From an uncultured Planctomycetaceae bacterium (GTDB lineage: Bacteria > Planctomycetota > Planctomycetia > Planctomycetales > Planctomycetaceae): a DNA stretch of 64,000 nucleotides. This document shows, one piece after another, positions 1 through 10,924 of this stretch (position 1 is its first letter; the number at the start of each line of letters is the position of its first letter). Position numbers and translations under genes: made by a program. The notes under the pieces are model-generated. The model made no database searches and had not been told where the DNA came from. It saw nothing but the letters and a program-made list of their open reading frames with translations. The DNA lies in the NCBI GenBank assembly GCA_963813715.1, contig CAWFAK010000007.1, positions 128,001 through 192,000 of the forward strand, in the 5' to 3' direction.

Positions 1-221
1 ATTTCCCACAGATCCTGGTGCGGCGGGCCGCCGGCCAGGAACACGTTGATCACCGCTCTCTGCCGCGACTTTTTCGGAGACGTGCTGGCGGCTTCGGCTC
101 GCAGGATGGTCGGCAGGCCGACTCCGCCGACGGCGCTCATCGACAGTCCGCCGATTTTCAAAAACGTGCGGCGCGAGAGACCGTCACAGTAGGGAGTGGT
201 AGGCCCAAGTAGCGTCAGCAT
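1..221 (-). CDS. DUF1501-family protein, 5' part (runs off window start), Tat-like signal
   Basis: Manual translation from ATG at 221: MLTLLGPTTPYCDGLSRRTFLKIGG...RAVINVFLAGGPPHQDLWE. It has an SRRxFLK twin-arginine motif and the 'FLAGGPxHxDxW' DUF1501 N-terminal motif. Not in the ORF track. Confidence 0.85.
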   Translation of the reverse strand, partial: MLTLLGPTTPYCDGLSRRTFLKIGGLSMSAVGGVGLPTILRAEAASTSPKKSRQRAVINVFLAGGPPHQDLWE

Positions 222-761
222 CGAAGGTCTGTTTCCTCGAAGGATGCCGGATCCGGTGGGTGGGCTCGTCGGAAGCGCTTGGCGAGGGTGTGCAGTTGAC
301 AGCGCGGGGCAAAAAAGTCAGTCAGGCGGCAATATCATCAGGCGGCAATGAGGCGGGCGATCCCAGGCGGGACGTCAGACAGCGACGGATGTCGAAGTGC
401 AAAGCACCGAAGTCGAGCACAAAACACTTCAACGAACGTTGATGCCTGACTTCAGAATAAATCGACCGGCGGCAGCCGTCAAGAGCAGCGAAACCGTTGC
501 CCCTTGCCAAATTCCGACGCGAATCGGAGTTGAAATCTCAAGATTATTTCACGGGCGCCGGGGGGCGCGACGGCAGGCGTTCTCGTGGCAACGGTTGGTT
601 GTGCTGTCGGCGCCGTATCTGGACCCGCAGCGGTGACGATTGTTCGCTTCCCAGCGAGGGCATAGACTCTGAGAGATCGGACTTTTCCGCTCCGCCGTTC
701 TCACGCGCTTGATTCGCCGCGGGCCCAGCGAAACCTCTCTTCATTCGGGGCTCGATTCCTC

Positions 762-1391
762 ATGTGCCCAATCGCGACCGGCGAACCCGGCAGTCTCCAC
801 CCGCACTCACTCAGCCGAAAAAAAGCTGTCCAGATGGCCGGCGTGATTGCGTTGGTCGTGGCGGCCGGGGTCGGGGGCGCCTTCTACTACTATCGCTACG
901 GCGACAAGACGACCACCGATTTCAACGTCGTCGGCTCCGAGATGAAGGAGACGCTCAAGATCGATGTGCCGCCGCGGCTGTCTCCCAAGTTCATGGTGAC
1001 GCGGCCCGATGTGATGACAATGATCGTCTTCACGCCGTTCAAAGAGACGGCCGATCCGGCATGCCTGGCCGTCGTCCGTTGTCTGCCGGAATGGGCGCAC
1101 GAAAAGGGAAACCGCCCGAACCAGGTGCTGCAGTCCGCCATGCAGCAGTATTTTCCGCAGTTCGAGACCGAGCGCTGGAAAGACACCGAGACCCGCGAGG
1201 TTTCGATTCGCGGCCAAGACGAACAAGTCAAAGTCGCCACGTCTTATCGTGTGGAAGATCACAAGGAAGTGCGGATCGTCAGCATCGAGAATCTGGTCAC
1301 GGACAAGGGGCCGATCGCGCTGTACTATCAAACGCCGATCACCTCCACGGCCGACGACGACATCGAGATCATGCTCAAGTCGCTGAATTGA
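762..1391 (+). CDS. Hypothetical membrane-anchored protein (start may be ATG 834)
   Basis: 209-aa ORF with N-terminal hydrophobic segment (VIALVVAAGVGGAFYYY) and coding-like composition; ends 9 nt before the P450. Confidence 0.7.
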   Translation: MCPIATGEPGSLHPHSLSRKKAVQMAGVIALVVAAGVGGAFYYYRYGDKTTTDFNVVGSEMKETLKIDVPPRLSPKFMVTRPDVMTMIVFTPFKETADPACLAVVRCLPEWAHEKGNRPNQVLQSAMQQYFPQFETERWKDTETREVSIRGQDEQVKVATSYRVEDHKEVRIVSIENLVTDKGPIALYYQTPITSTADDDIEIMLKSLN

Positions 1392-1400
1392 GGCGCCGCC

Positions 1401-2802
1401 ATGCCGCAGACGCAGGTCCCGCCCGGGCCTTCGGGAAAGCTCACCGCTCCGCTCCGATTTCTCGATTACTGCCGCGACCCGCTCGGCTACTTGACGCGGA
1501 TGGCCGCCAAGTATGGGGACGTCGTCGATTTTGCCGCCGGGCCGATGCCCTTCTACATGTTCAGCCATCCCGATGCGATTGAAGAGATCCTGCGACGCAA
1601 GCATCGGCTGTTCAAAAAAGACGCCTACATGGAGGCGCTGCGTCCCCTGCTCGGCAACGGCCTGCTGTGCAGCGAGGGCGAGGAGTGGAGACGGGCGCGG
1701 GCGATGGCCCAGCCGGCGTTTCAGGCCCGCCAGGTCCAGCAATACGCGGCGACGATGGTCGACTACACCGAGCGGATGATCGCCGGCTGGAAGCCGGGCG
1801 GAACCCGCAACGTGCACACCGACATGATGCGGCTCACTTCGCAAATCGTCACGAAGACCCTCTTTGACGTCGACGTGGAAGACGCCGAAGGCAGCATCGG
1901 CAAGAACCTCGAAGCGGCCATGCGGTTCTATGCCAACCCGTTGTCGATGTTCCCGAAGTGGCGACACGTCCCCACGCCCACCAACCTTCGCTTTCGCCGC
2001 ACGCTAGGCCATCTCGACGGGCTGATCCTGCAAATGATTCGCGAACGCCGCGCGGAAGGCCCCGGGGACCGCACGGATCTGCTCTCGCGACTGCTCTCGG
2101 CCGAGGATGAACAAGGCCGCAAAATGTCGGACTCGGAGCTGCGTGACGAGCTCTTGACGCTGTTTCTGGCCGGCCACGAAACGACGGCACTCACCCTCAC
2201 GTACGCCTTCTATTTGTTGGGCACGCATCCCGATGTCGAGAGCGAACTCTCACGCGGAGCTCGATCGCCTGCTGCCGGACCACCTGCCGGGTGTCGCCGA
2301 CATACCGGCCCTGCGCGTCACCGAGAATGTGATCAAGGAATCGATGCGGCTCTATCCTCCCGCCTGGACGCTCGGCCGCGAGGCGCTTGAAGACTGCGAA
2401 ATTGCCGGCTATCAGGTCAAGAAGGGAACGCAGGTGCTGATGGCGCAGTGGGTCGTGCATCGCGACGCGCGATTCTGGCCCGAGCCCGAGCGCTTCCGCC
2501 CGAGCCGCTGGGACGAAGAACAAACGAAGCAGTTGCCGCGGTGCGCCTATTTTCCCTTCGGCGACGGGCCGCGAGTCTGCATCGGCAACAACTTCGCGAT
2601 GATGGAAGCCGTGTTGCTCCTGGCGACGATTGCGCGGCGCATCCGGCTGGAGCTCGTTCCGGGGCAGAAGTTGCGGCTGGTCCCCTCCGTCACGATGCGC
2701 CCGCGCGACGGCATCATGGCCATCGTGCGAGAACGCTCGAGTTCCGCCGCCGTCGCTCGCAGCTGCAAAGGTGCGGCCGACGTCGAGTATGCGACTAACT
2801 GA
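1401..2802 (+). CDS. Cytochrome P450 (frameshift near 2249)
   Basis: I-helix AGHETT in ORF 1401..2390; ExxR (ESMR), PERF and heme motif FGDGPRVCIG in ORF 2233..2802. Removing one base rejoins the two frames. Confidence 0.93.
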
Positions 2803-3136
2803 CGCGTTGCCGCTTGCGTGCTCTCCAGTCCGCATTTCGCCATCGATCCCGCCGAAGGATTCGTGTCGGCCGGTCGTTTCCGCTCATTTTTCTGCGATTG
2901 TTCGTGTGTGCGAGATTCTTCGCAATTTGTTGCCGTCCGATTCCCCGACTTAAATCGCGAATCACTGAGAGCCCGCCGGCAATAAAGACCAAAAACCGTA
3001 AGAAACTCGAGATTGGAACCGTCGGGCTGACACCCGACGCTCGCCTGGACTTCGTCGATTTTCCGCGTGATATTCGCCCGGCGTCTGCGACTTACTAAGC
3101 GGAAGGATTTCGCCAAACATGCACGAAAGTGAGTGC

Positions 3137-3166
3137 TTGACAGTGTTAAACCGCTTTGCGTAGGAT
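3137..3166 (+). promoter_or_regulatory. Sigma70-type promoter for the rpmF-fab operon
   Basis: TTGACA (3137-3142), 18-nt spacer, TAGGAT (3161-3166), about 110 nt upstream of rpmF. Confidence 0.65.
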
Positions 3167-3278
3167 GCCTGAGCCAGAGCACCTCTGGGTGCTCGTCCGC
3201 GCAGGCTGGGTAAGTCTGTGTCGTTGCGACACGCGGGCGTAATTCGTTTTTGGGATTTAATTTAGAGAATTCGGTTCA

Positions 3279-3458
3279 ATGGCAGTCCCCAAAAGACGAC
3301 ATTCACACTCCCGCTCCCGCAAACGGCGCAGTCATAACGCGGTCAAGCCAATTCAGTTGGTTTACTGTCCCCAGTGTCAGACCCCGGCTCCGAGCCATAT
3401 GGTCTGTCCCAATTGCGGTTATTACCAAGGTCGAACGATCGTCGCGACCGCGGAGTAG
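3279..3458 (+). CDS. rpmF: 50S ribosomal protein L32 (zinc-ribbon, C+ type)
   Basis: Manual translation MAVPKRRHSHSRSRKRRSHNAVKPIQLVYCPQCQTPAPSHMVCPNCGYYQGRTIVATAE (59 aa, absent from the ORF track); directly upstream of plsX. Confidence 0.97.
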   Translation: MAVPKRRHSHSRSRKRRSHNAVKPIQLVYCPQCQTPAPSHMVCPNCGYYQGRTIVATAE

Positions 3459-3479
3459 CCGGCGAAGGAAGAGCCTGTT

Positions 3480-4481
3480 ATGCGGATTGCGCTCGACGCC
3501 CTCGGGGGCGACTACGCTCCCGATCCGAATATTGACGGCGCCCTCGTTGCTCTCGAGGCGAATCCCGACCTCGAAATCGACCTCGTCGGCGACCCCTGCC
3601 TCCTTTCACCCCGCCTGGCCGAACGCAGCTACAGCGGCGATCGGCTCAAAGTCGTCCCTGCGGAGGGATGCATCGGCATGGAGGAAAAGCCGACCGAGGC
3701 CCTCCGCCGCAAACCCAACTCGTCGATTGCCGTCTGCTGGCGGCTGATGGCCGAACGGGCCGTCGACGCGGTGGTGAGCGCGGGGAACACGGGGGCCGTG
3801 GTTGCCGCCGGAATGCGGACTCGGCTCTACCTCAAGGGAGTCAAGCGGCCGGGCATCGCGGTTGCGCTGCCCAATCTGCGCGGCCGCTCGGTCCTGATGG
3901 ACGTCGGTGCCAATCCGGCGGCCCGTCCCGAGCATCTGTACCAATACGCGGTGATGGGGGCGATCTACGCTCGCAACATCCTGGGCATCGAAGAGCCGCG
4001 GGTCGGCTTGATCAACATCGGCAGCGAGGACGGCAAAGGAACCGATCTCTGCCGCGAAACGCACGCTCTCCTGCAGCACAGCCGGCTCAAGGAGCACTAC
4101 ATCGGCAACGTCGAAGGCCGTGGCCTGTACCAGGGCGAGGCGGACGTCCTGATCTGCGAGGGTTTTGTCGGCAACGTCGTGCTGAAGGTGAGCGAAGGCA
4201 TCGCCGAGTACTTTCTCCGCACGTTCCACCAGGAAGTGATCGGCCGGCTCGACCAGGATCGGGAGATGGCCGGGCGGATGCTGGGCGATCTGGCCCGCCG
4301 CTACCAGTACCACGAGCACGGCGGCGCTCCGCTGCTGGGGATCGACGGCATCTGCATCATTTGCCACGGCTCGAGCAACGCCCGGTCGATCACGAATGCC
4401 CTGCGGGCGGCGACGACCTTCAATCATCGCCAGATCAACGCGCAGATCGTCGAGGAGCTTGCCGTGGGGGTGGAGGCCTGA
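3480..4481 (+). CDS. plsX: Phosphate acyltransferase PlsX
   Basis: MRIALDALGGDYAP start; SAGNTGA, RPGIA, DVGAN, CEGFVGN and GGAPLLG..CHGSS motifs. Confidence 0.97.
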   Translation: MRIALDALGGDYAPDPNIDGALVALEANPDLEIDLVGDPCLLSPRLAERSYSGDRLKVVPAEGCIGMEEKPTEALRRKPNSSIAVCWRLMAERAVDAVVSAGNTGAVVAAGMRTRLYLKGVKRPGIAVALPNLRGRSVLMDVGANPAARPEHLYQYAVMGAIYARNILGIEEPRVGLINIGSEDGKGTDLCRETHALLQHSRLKEHYIGNVEGRGLYQGEADVLICEGFVGNVVLKVSEGIAEYFLRTFHQEVIGRLDQDREMAGRMLGDLARRYQYHEHGGAPLLGIDGICIICHGSSNARSITNALRAATTFNHRQINAQIVEELAVGVEA

Positions 4482-4484
4482 CGC

Positions 4485-5401
4485 GTGGGCAAAATCGCGT
4501 TCCTCTTCCCAGGGCAAGGCGCACAGCACGTCGGCATGGGCCGGTCGATCGCCGAAAAGCTCCCGGCCGCGCGGCAACTCTACGAACAGGCGGACGAGAT
4601 CCTGGGCTTCCCGCTGTCGCGGGTCTGCTTCGAAGGGCCGGCGGCCGAGCTCGATACGACGGCCATCAGCCAGCCGGCCATTTTCGTGACGAGCCTCGCG
4701 GCCCTCGAGCTGCTCAGGGCGGAGAATCCGCAAGCGGTTGAATCGTGCGACGTAACGGCGGGCCTGAGCCTGGGGGAATACACGGCCCTGGTGTTCGCCG
4801 GGGCGATGTCTTTTGCCGACGGGCTGCGGGTAGTCAAACGTCGCGGCGAGGCAATGCAGGAAGCCTCCGACGCGACGCCCTCCGGGAATGGTGAGCGTGC
4901 TGCTCCTGGACCTCGAGAAAGTCGAGTCGATTCGCGAACGGGCGTCCGCCGCCGGCTATCTGGAGATCGCCAATTACCTCTGCCCGGGCAATCTGGCGCT
5001 TGTCGGGCGAGAAGGCGGCCTGTGAAAAGGCGGCCGAGATTGCCACAGCCGAGAGCGGCAAGGCCGTGCCCCTGGCGGTCGCCGGAGCCTTCCACACGCG
5101 ACTGATGAAGCCGGCCGACGAGCGGTTGGCAGAGGCCCTGGCGTCGGTTGCCATTCAGCGGCCGCGAATTCCGGTGATTTCCAACGTCGACGCCCAGTCG
5201 CACGACGATCCGGAGACGATCCGCCAAAACCTGGTGCGGCAGGTGGTCAGTCCGGTGCGTTGGGAAGACTGCATGCGAAACATGCTCAGTCAGGAGGTCA
5301 ACCAGTTCTTCGAGATCGGGCCCGGGCGAGTGCTGCGGGGGACATTGAAGCGGATTGATCGGAAGGCCGATTGCCAGACGGTCAACGATTCACCCCCCTG
5401 A
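4485..5401 (+). CDS. fabD: Malonyl-CoA:ACP transacylase (frameshifts near 4887 and 5000)
   Basis: FPGQGAQ, GLSLGEY, ANYLCPG (in an intermediate frame), VAGAFHT, SPVRW and EIGPG motifs spread over three frames. Confidence 0.93.
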
Positions 5402-5731
5402 CGGTTCGCGGCCGCCACTCCGTACGGAGGCCCCGTCCGGGCCACCGGGAGCTGCCCGGCGGCGTCAGGAATCCGGACCTCACCTGATGTTTACAGGAGC
5501 GTGCCAAGCAGCTATATCTTCGCACGTGCTTCGGACTTGCGAAGCTGCGCCAAAACCGGCCTCGGCCGGCACGACCGCAGGGCGAGACTGCTTCAGACCC
5601 CGAAATGTGACCGCCGACTAACACGCAATCGGGATTGGTACTCCAGACCGCCCGACGACAGCGCCTGGAAAGAATAGCGAAAACGCGACGTTTAAATAGC
5701 AACGATCAATTTGCTGCGGGAGGGTGACAGC

Positions 5732-5968
5732 GTGTCGACAATCGTTGAAGAAAAAGTCATCGGCATCGTCAGTGAACAATTGGGTGTGCCGAAGGAAGAG
5801 GTCAAACTCGACAGCTCGATTATCGAGGACCTCAAGGCCGACTCGCTCGACGTGGTCGAGCTGGTGATGGAGCTCGAAGACGAATTTGACATCACCATCC
5901 CCGACGACGACTACGAAAAGCTCAAGACCGTCGGCGACGCGATCAAGTACATCGACGAGAAGAAGTAA
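5732..5968 (+). CDS. acpP: Acyl carrier protein
   Basis: GTG start after a [28 protein letters not shown] phosphopantetheine motif. Confidence 0.97.
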   Translation: MSTIVEEKVIGIVSEQLGVPKEEVKLDSSIIEDLKADSLDVVELVMELEDEFDITIPDDDYEKLKTVGDAIKYIDEKK

Positions 5969-5971
5969 GTA

Positions 5972-7216
5972 ATGAAGAGGCGCGTCGTGGTGACCGGCGC
6001 GGGGCTCGTCACCGCGCTCGGCTGCGAGTTGGCCGACTTCTGGGATCGGATCTGCGCCGGCAAGAGCGGCGTTGGACCTCTCAAGCGGTTCGACACCACC
6101 GACTTCAAGGTCACTTTCGGCGGCGAAATTCGCGACTTTGCTCCCGAAGATCACCTGGCCCTCGACGGCAAGGAGATCCGCCGGCTGGATCGCTTCGTCC
6201 AGTTCGCGATGGTGGCCTCGCATAAGGCCATCGAGCACTCGGGCATCGATCTGTCGCAGGGCGATTCGTACCGGCACGGCACGCTGATCGGCAGCGGCAT
6301 CGGCGGCCTGCACGAAATCGAAGAACAGCACTCGAAGCTCTACGAACGCGGCCCCTCGCGCGTCTCCCCGTTCATGATTCCCAAGCTGATCGTCAACGCG
6401 GCCAGCGGCAACGTCTCGATCCGTTGGCAACTGCGCGGCCCCAACAGCGCGGTCGCCACCGCCTGTGCCACCGCCACCAACGCCATCGGCGACGCGTATC
6501 GGTTGATTCAAAACGACATTGCCGACGTGATGCTGGCCGGAGGCAGCGAAGCGGCCATCACGCCGATGTGCCTCTCGGGCTTTGCGCGGATGAATGCCCT
6601 GTCGACGCGCAACCAAGACCCCGAGAGGGCCAGTCGCCCGTTCGATTCCGAGCGCGACGGCTTTGTGCTCTCCGAAGGGGCCGGCGTGTTGGTTCTGGAA
6701 GAGTACGAGCACGCCAAGAGCCGCGGAGCCACGCTCCTTGCGGAGATCTGCGGTTACGGCATGACGGCCGACGCAACCCACATGACGGCCCCCGACCCCG
6801 AGGGGCGCGGCGCGGCCCGCGCCATGTCCTGCGCTCTCAAGGACGCCCACATCGATCCCGAATCGATCGACTACATTAACGCCCACGGCACCAGCACGCC
6901 TCTGGGCGACAAGGCCGAAACGATGGCCATCAAGGCGGTTTTCGGCAGCCACGCGCGAAAGCTCGCCGTTTCCAGCACCAAGAGCCAGATCGGGCACCTG
7001 CTCGGGGCCTCGGGCGGCGTCGAAGCGATCGTCTCGATCCTGGCAATGCAGCACCAGGTCGCCCCGCCGACCATCAATCTGGAACATCCCGATCCCGAGT
7101 GCGATCTGGAATACGTGCCGAACGAAGCCCGGCCGATGAAGATCAACCGCGTTCTGAAAAACAGCTTCGGCTTCGGCGGCCACAACGCCTGCCTGGTGCT
7201 GGCCAAGACGGCTTAA
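5972..7216 (+). CDS. fabF: 3-oxoacyl-ACP synthase II
   Basis: RRVVVTG, TACAT (catalytic Cys), NAHGTST, KSQIGHLLGA and NSFGFGGHN motifs. Confidence 0.97.
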   Translation: MKRRVVVTGAGLVTALGCELADFWDRICAGKSGVGPLKRFDTTDFKVTFGGEIRDFAPEDHLALDGKEIRRLDRFVQFAMVASHKAIEHSGIDLSQGDSYRHGTLIGSGIGGLHEIEEQHSKLYERGPSRVSPFMIPKLIVNAASGNVSIRWQLRGPNSAVATACATATNAIGDAYRLIQNDIADVMLAGGSEAAITPMCLSGFARMNALSTRNQDPERASRPFDSERDGFVLSEGAGVLVLEEYEHAKSRGATLLAEICGYGMTADATHMTAPDPEGRGAARAMSCALKDAHIDPESIDYINAHGTSTPLGDKAETMAIKAVFGSHARKLAVSSTKSQIGHLLGASGGVEAIVSILAMQHQVAPPTINLEHPDPECDLEYVPNEARPMKINRVLKNSFGFGGHNACLVLAKTA

Positions 7217-7237
7217 GACCTGGCCGCCGGATCATCG

Positions 7238-7999
7238 CTAGGCGGGCTCTTCTCGCCGATTCCACGTGACGCGTTGGTACTTCGGCGTGAGCGCGTGCAC
7301 CCGCTCCTCGACCGCTGCCGGATACGCGCCGGTCGGTGCGACGCTGCCAAACAGTCTCCCGATCGACTGGCCCATCCCGTCGACGAATGACGGATCAAGC
7401 GAGTTTGCCCATCGGGTTTCGGACTGGGCCAGATCGAGCATCCCGGGAAACTGCGGCGCGTGCTCGCTCCGGCGGATCAGCAGGCTGCCGTGCTGCAGAA
7501 CAGCCCCGCGACGACGCCGCTGAGCACTGCCCAGGATTTTTTGGCCGGCGATCACGATGTCCCGCGGATCGCCGCGACCGAAGCACAAAAACTCTCCTTC
7601 GCGTTCGGCAAGCGCCTCGCCGCGGAGGGTCGCGTGGATCCCCTGCTCCGCCAGCGCTCTGACGACCTGCTCGTGGACCCGTGCGTAGATCGACGTCGGA
7701 GATTCGGCCAAGGGATGACCCGGCGGCACGGTGCAGGAATAGGTCCACTCGTGGTGGTGCAGAATTGCACCGCCGCCCGTGAGGCGCCGCACGATCGGCA
7801 GGCCGGACAACTCGGCGATCGTGTGGGCAGCGTCGGCCGGTTGAAAGTAGCCCAGCGAAACGGTAGCCGCGCTCCAGCGATACCAACGAACCGTGCATTC
7901 GCCTCGCTCGAGGGCGCCTTCCAACAGCGCCTCGTCGAGCGCCATGTTGCGGACGCCGGTCTGAGGCTCCGACTCAATTACGACGCGGACGGTTCCCAT
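7238..7999 (-). CDS. Lipoate-protein ligase A / LipM-like octanoyltransferase
   Basis: NMALDEALL, VSLGYFQ, RRLTGGGAILH, KILGSAQ and LQHGS motifs; start overlaps the gcvPB stop. Confidence 0.9.
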   Translation of the reverse strand: MGTVRVVIESEPQTGVRNMALDEALLEGALERGECTVRWYRWSAATVSLGYFQPADAAHTIAELSGLPIVRRLTGGGAILHHHEWTYSCTVPPGHPLAESPTSIYARVHEQVVRALAEQGIHATLRGEALAEREGEFLCFGRGDPRDIVIAGQKILGSAQRRRRGAVLQHGSLLIRRSEHAPQFPGMLDLAQSETRWANSLDPSFVDGMGQSIGRLFGSVAPTGAYPAAVEERVHALTPKYQRVTWNRREEPA

Positions 8000-9450
8000 T
8001 TGAGGATCGGCTTGCGGGCCGCTTGAACGTCGTCGGGCCGGCTGACGAGCGTCGAATGCGGCGCGTCGTGGAGGTAACTGGGATCCTCGGCAACGATCTT
8101 GTGAATCGCGTCGGCAAACGCGTCGAGCGTTTCTTTCGATTCGGTCTCCGTCGGCTCCATCATCATCGCCTCGGCCACGACGAGCGGAAAATAGACGGTC
8201 GGCGCGTGAAAGCCGTAATCGAGCAGCCGCTTGGCCAGATCCATCGCGGAGATGCCCCGCTCCTTATAGAGATTGCGGGCCGAGGCGACGAACTCGTGCA
8301 TGCAGCGCTTGCCGTGCGGCGTGGGCAAGACGTCGGCGAGGCGTGCCATCAGATAGTTCGCATTGAGCACCGCATTTTCGGAAACCGCTTTCACTCCCTG
8401 CGGCCCCCAGCGTTCGCAGGTACAAGTAGCCCCGCAGCAAAATGCCGACGTTGCCAAAAAACGATCGCATGCGGCCGATCGACTTTCCCGGCACGCTGAG
8501 GCGGTAGGTCGGCTTGCCCGAAGGCCCGGCCTCGCGGATGACGACCGGCGCGGGCAGATAGTCGGCCAGGAAATCGCGTACGGCAATCGGACCGGCGCCG
8601 GGCCGCCCGCTCCGTGGGGTCCCGTAAACGTCTTGTGCACGTTGAAGTGCATCATGTCGCCGCCGAAATCGCCCGGCCGGGTGATTCCCAGGATGGCGTT
8701 CATGTTCGCGCCGTCGACGTAGACCAGCCCCCCCGCCTGGTGCAGCAATCGGGAGATCCGCGCGATCTCCGGCTCGAAAAGTCCGAGTGTATTGGGATTC
8801 GTGATCATGAATACGGCCGTCGACTCGTCGAGGTTCGCTTTGAGTTCCTCGAGATCGACGAGCCCCTCGGCCGACACATCCAGCTGCACGCACTCGAATC
8901 CCGCCAGGGCGGCGCTAGCCGGGTTGGTGCCGTGAGCGCTCGCGGGAAAGAGCACCTTGGTTCGCCGCTCGCCCTTGTCGTGAAAATAGGCGGCCGCGAC
9001 CAGGAGCGCCGTCAGCTCTCCCTGCGCACCGGCTGCCGGGTGCAGCGACACGGCGGGCAGTCCCGAGATCTCCGCCAGCATCTGCTGCAGCTCGTACAGA
9101 ATCGCCAGCATGCCTTGGGCGGCCTCGTCGATCTGATAGGGATGCAGATCGACCAGCCCCGGCAGGCGGGAGAGCCGTTCGTGCCGCTTGGGGTTGTACT
9201 TCATCGTACAACTGCCGAGCGGATAGAAATGCGTGTCGACCGACATGTTGAGGGTCGACAGATTGACGAAGTGGCGGATGACGTCGGGCTCCGCAAGCTC
9301 CGGCAATTCGCACGCAGTCGCGGCCAGCTGCGACTTGGGAATCAGCGAATCGAGCGGCCGAGGGGGAACGTCGCTCTCCGGAAACGTGCAGCCACGCCTG
9401 CCCGGATGCGCCAGCTCGACGAGCGGTTTGGTCGCCAAAAGATTACGCAT
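7978..9450 (-). CDS. gcvPB: Glycine dehydrogenase P-protein subunit 2 (compensating frameshifts near 8600 and 8410)
   Basis: YPLGSCTMKYNP, SAHGTNPASA, HFNVHKTF (PLP Lys), DYGFHAPT and EPTETE motifs; the GAGPIAV segment lies in an alternate frame. Confidence 0.93.
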   Translation of the reverse strand: MRNLLATKPLVELAHPGRRGCTFPESDVPPRPLDSLIPKSQLAATACELPELAEPDVIRHFVNLSTLNMSVDTHFYPLGSCTMKYNPKRHERLSRLPGLVDLHPYQIDEAAQGMLAILYELQQMLAEISGLPAVSLHPAAGAQGELTALLVAAAYFHDKGERRTKVLFPASAHGTNPASAALAGFECVQLDVSAEGLVDLEELKANLDESTAVFMITNPNTLGLFEPEIARISRLLHQAGGLVYVDGANMNAILGITRPGDFGGDMMHFNVHKTFTGPHGAGGPAPVRLPYAISWPTICPRRSSSARPGLRASRPTASACRESRSAACDRFLATSAFCCGATCTCERWGPQGVKAVSENAVLNANYLMARLADVLPTPHGKRCMHEFVASARNLYKERGISAMDLAKRLLDYGFHAPTVYFPLVVAEAMMMEPTETESKETLDAFADAIHKIVAEDPSYLHDAPHSTLVSRPDDVQAARKPILKWEPSAS

Positions 9451-9524
9451 GGCCCTCGTTCGTTCGCGACAAGTTGACTCGAATCAGTCCCGCTTGCTCG
9501 ATTCCGTGACCCCAGCTCAATCGG

Positions 9525-10924
9525 TCACCCCAGCTGAGTCTCGCGCAGCGCTGGGATGCCGACCGCCGTCGCTTCCAAACCGCCGAGCGCGGCGACCAGC
9601 TCATCAATCTCCCGCCTGGTGCGTTTTTCTGTCACAGCGACCAAGAGCCGCGTCGCTCAGCGATTCGTCGACGGCCTCGCCAAATCGCCGCATCGCGGGC
9701 CCCAGATCGAATCCCGCGTCCCGCGCCCGCGCAAAACGCTTCGACGCCTCCGTCGCACCGCAGCGTAAATTCCTTGAAGAAAGGACGGTCGAATGCCAAC
9801 TGGACTCCGGGGATTCTCGTCAGCCGCTCGGCCGCGTAATGGGCTTTGCGGCAGCACAATTCGGACGCCTCTTTGAGTCCCTGCGGACCGACAAGCGAAA
9901 GGTAGGCGGTCGCGCAGAGCGCGAGCAGGCCCTGATTCGTGCAAATGTTGCTCGTGGCCTTTTCGCGGCGAATATGTTGCTCGCGGGCCTGCAGCGTCAG
10001 CACATAACAGGGACGGCCCTGGCGATCGGTCGTGCGGCCGACCAAACGTCCCGGCATCTTCCGCACGAATTCGTTTCGGCAAGTGAAGATCCCCAAGAAC
10101 GGTCCGCCGTACTGCATCGGAATGCCGAGCGACTGCCCCTCCGCCACTGCGACGTCGACCCCGTAGTCGCCAGGCCGCCGCAAGATTCCCAGGCTGATCG
10201 GATCGAAAGCCACGACCGACAGGGCACCGACCGAGCGCGCCTGCCGGCACAGCTCCTCCGGCTCTTCGAGGCAGCCGAAGAAATTGGGATGCTGGAAGAT
10301 CAGGCAGGCGGTCCGGTCGTCGACCAGCTTTTTCAAATCGGCCGGGTCGACCGTGCCGTTGTGCGTGCCGACAACCACCAGCTCGCACTTGAGATTCGAC
10401 AGATACGTTTCCAGCACCTGGCGATACTCGGGATGCACCGAACCGAGCACGACGACTTTTTCGTGCCGGCCCGTGACCCGCATTGCCATGAAGGCGGCTT
10501 CGCTCACCGCGGTGCCGGCCTCATACAGGCTGGCGTTGGAGACATCCATCCCCGTCAGGCGGCACACGAGCGACTGGTACTCGAAAAACGCCTGCAGACT
10601 CCCCTGGCTGGCCTCGGCCTGGTAGGGCGTGTAAGCGGTATAGAACTCGCCCCGCGAGACGACCTCATCGACCGCGGCCGGAATGAAGTGGTCGTAAACG
10701 CCGCCACCCATCAGGCAGACGCGATCGCCCCCCGCCACGTTCTTGCCCGCGAGCGTCCGCACGGTCCGCTCGAGTTCCATTTCGGTCAAGGCCGGCGGCA
10801 GGTCCAGCGGACGCGCGAGGCGACAGTCGGCAGGAACCTGTTGGAAGAGCTCGTCGATCGACTCGGCTCCGATCGTTCGCAGCATTTCGCGGCGCTGATC
10901 GGGCGTGTTGAAGAGGTAGCTCAC
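9525..10924 (-). CDS. gcvPA: Glycine dehydrogenase P-protein subunit 1 (frameshifted near the 3' end, about 9650-9720)
   Basis: GTG at 10924 overlaps the gcvH stop; YTAYTPYQAEASQG, SNASLYE and REQHIRREKATSNICTNQ motifs; the C-terminal VAVTEKRT lies in another frame ending at TGA 9525. Confidence 0.92.

Noticed and set aside
4485..5401. fabD and other split genes as pseudogenes or programmed frameshifts
   Set aside because: fabD is normally essential, its motifs are intact, there are no consistent slippery sites, and indels are scattered across the whole window.
5402..5731. fabG remnant between fabD and acpP
   Set aside because: No SDR motifs (TGxxxGIG, YxxxK) seen; the region looks like a promoter/UTR (TTTACA at 5490 with a weak -10).
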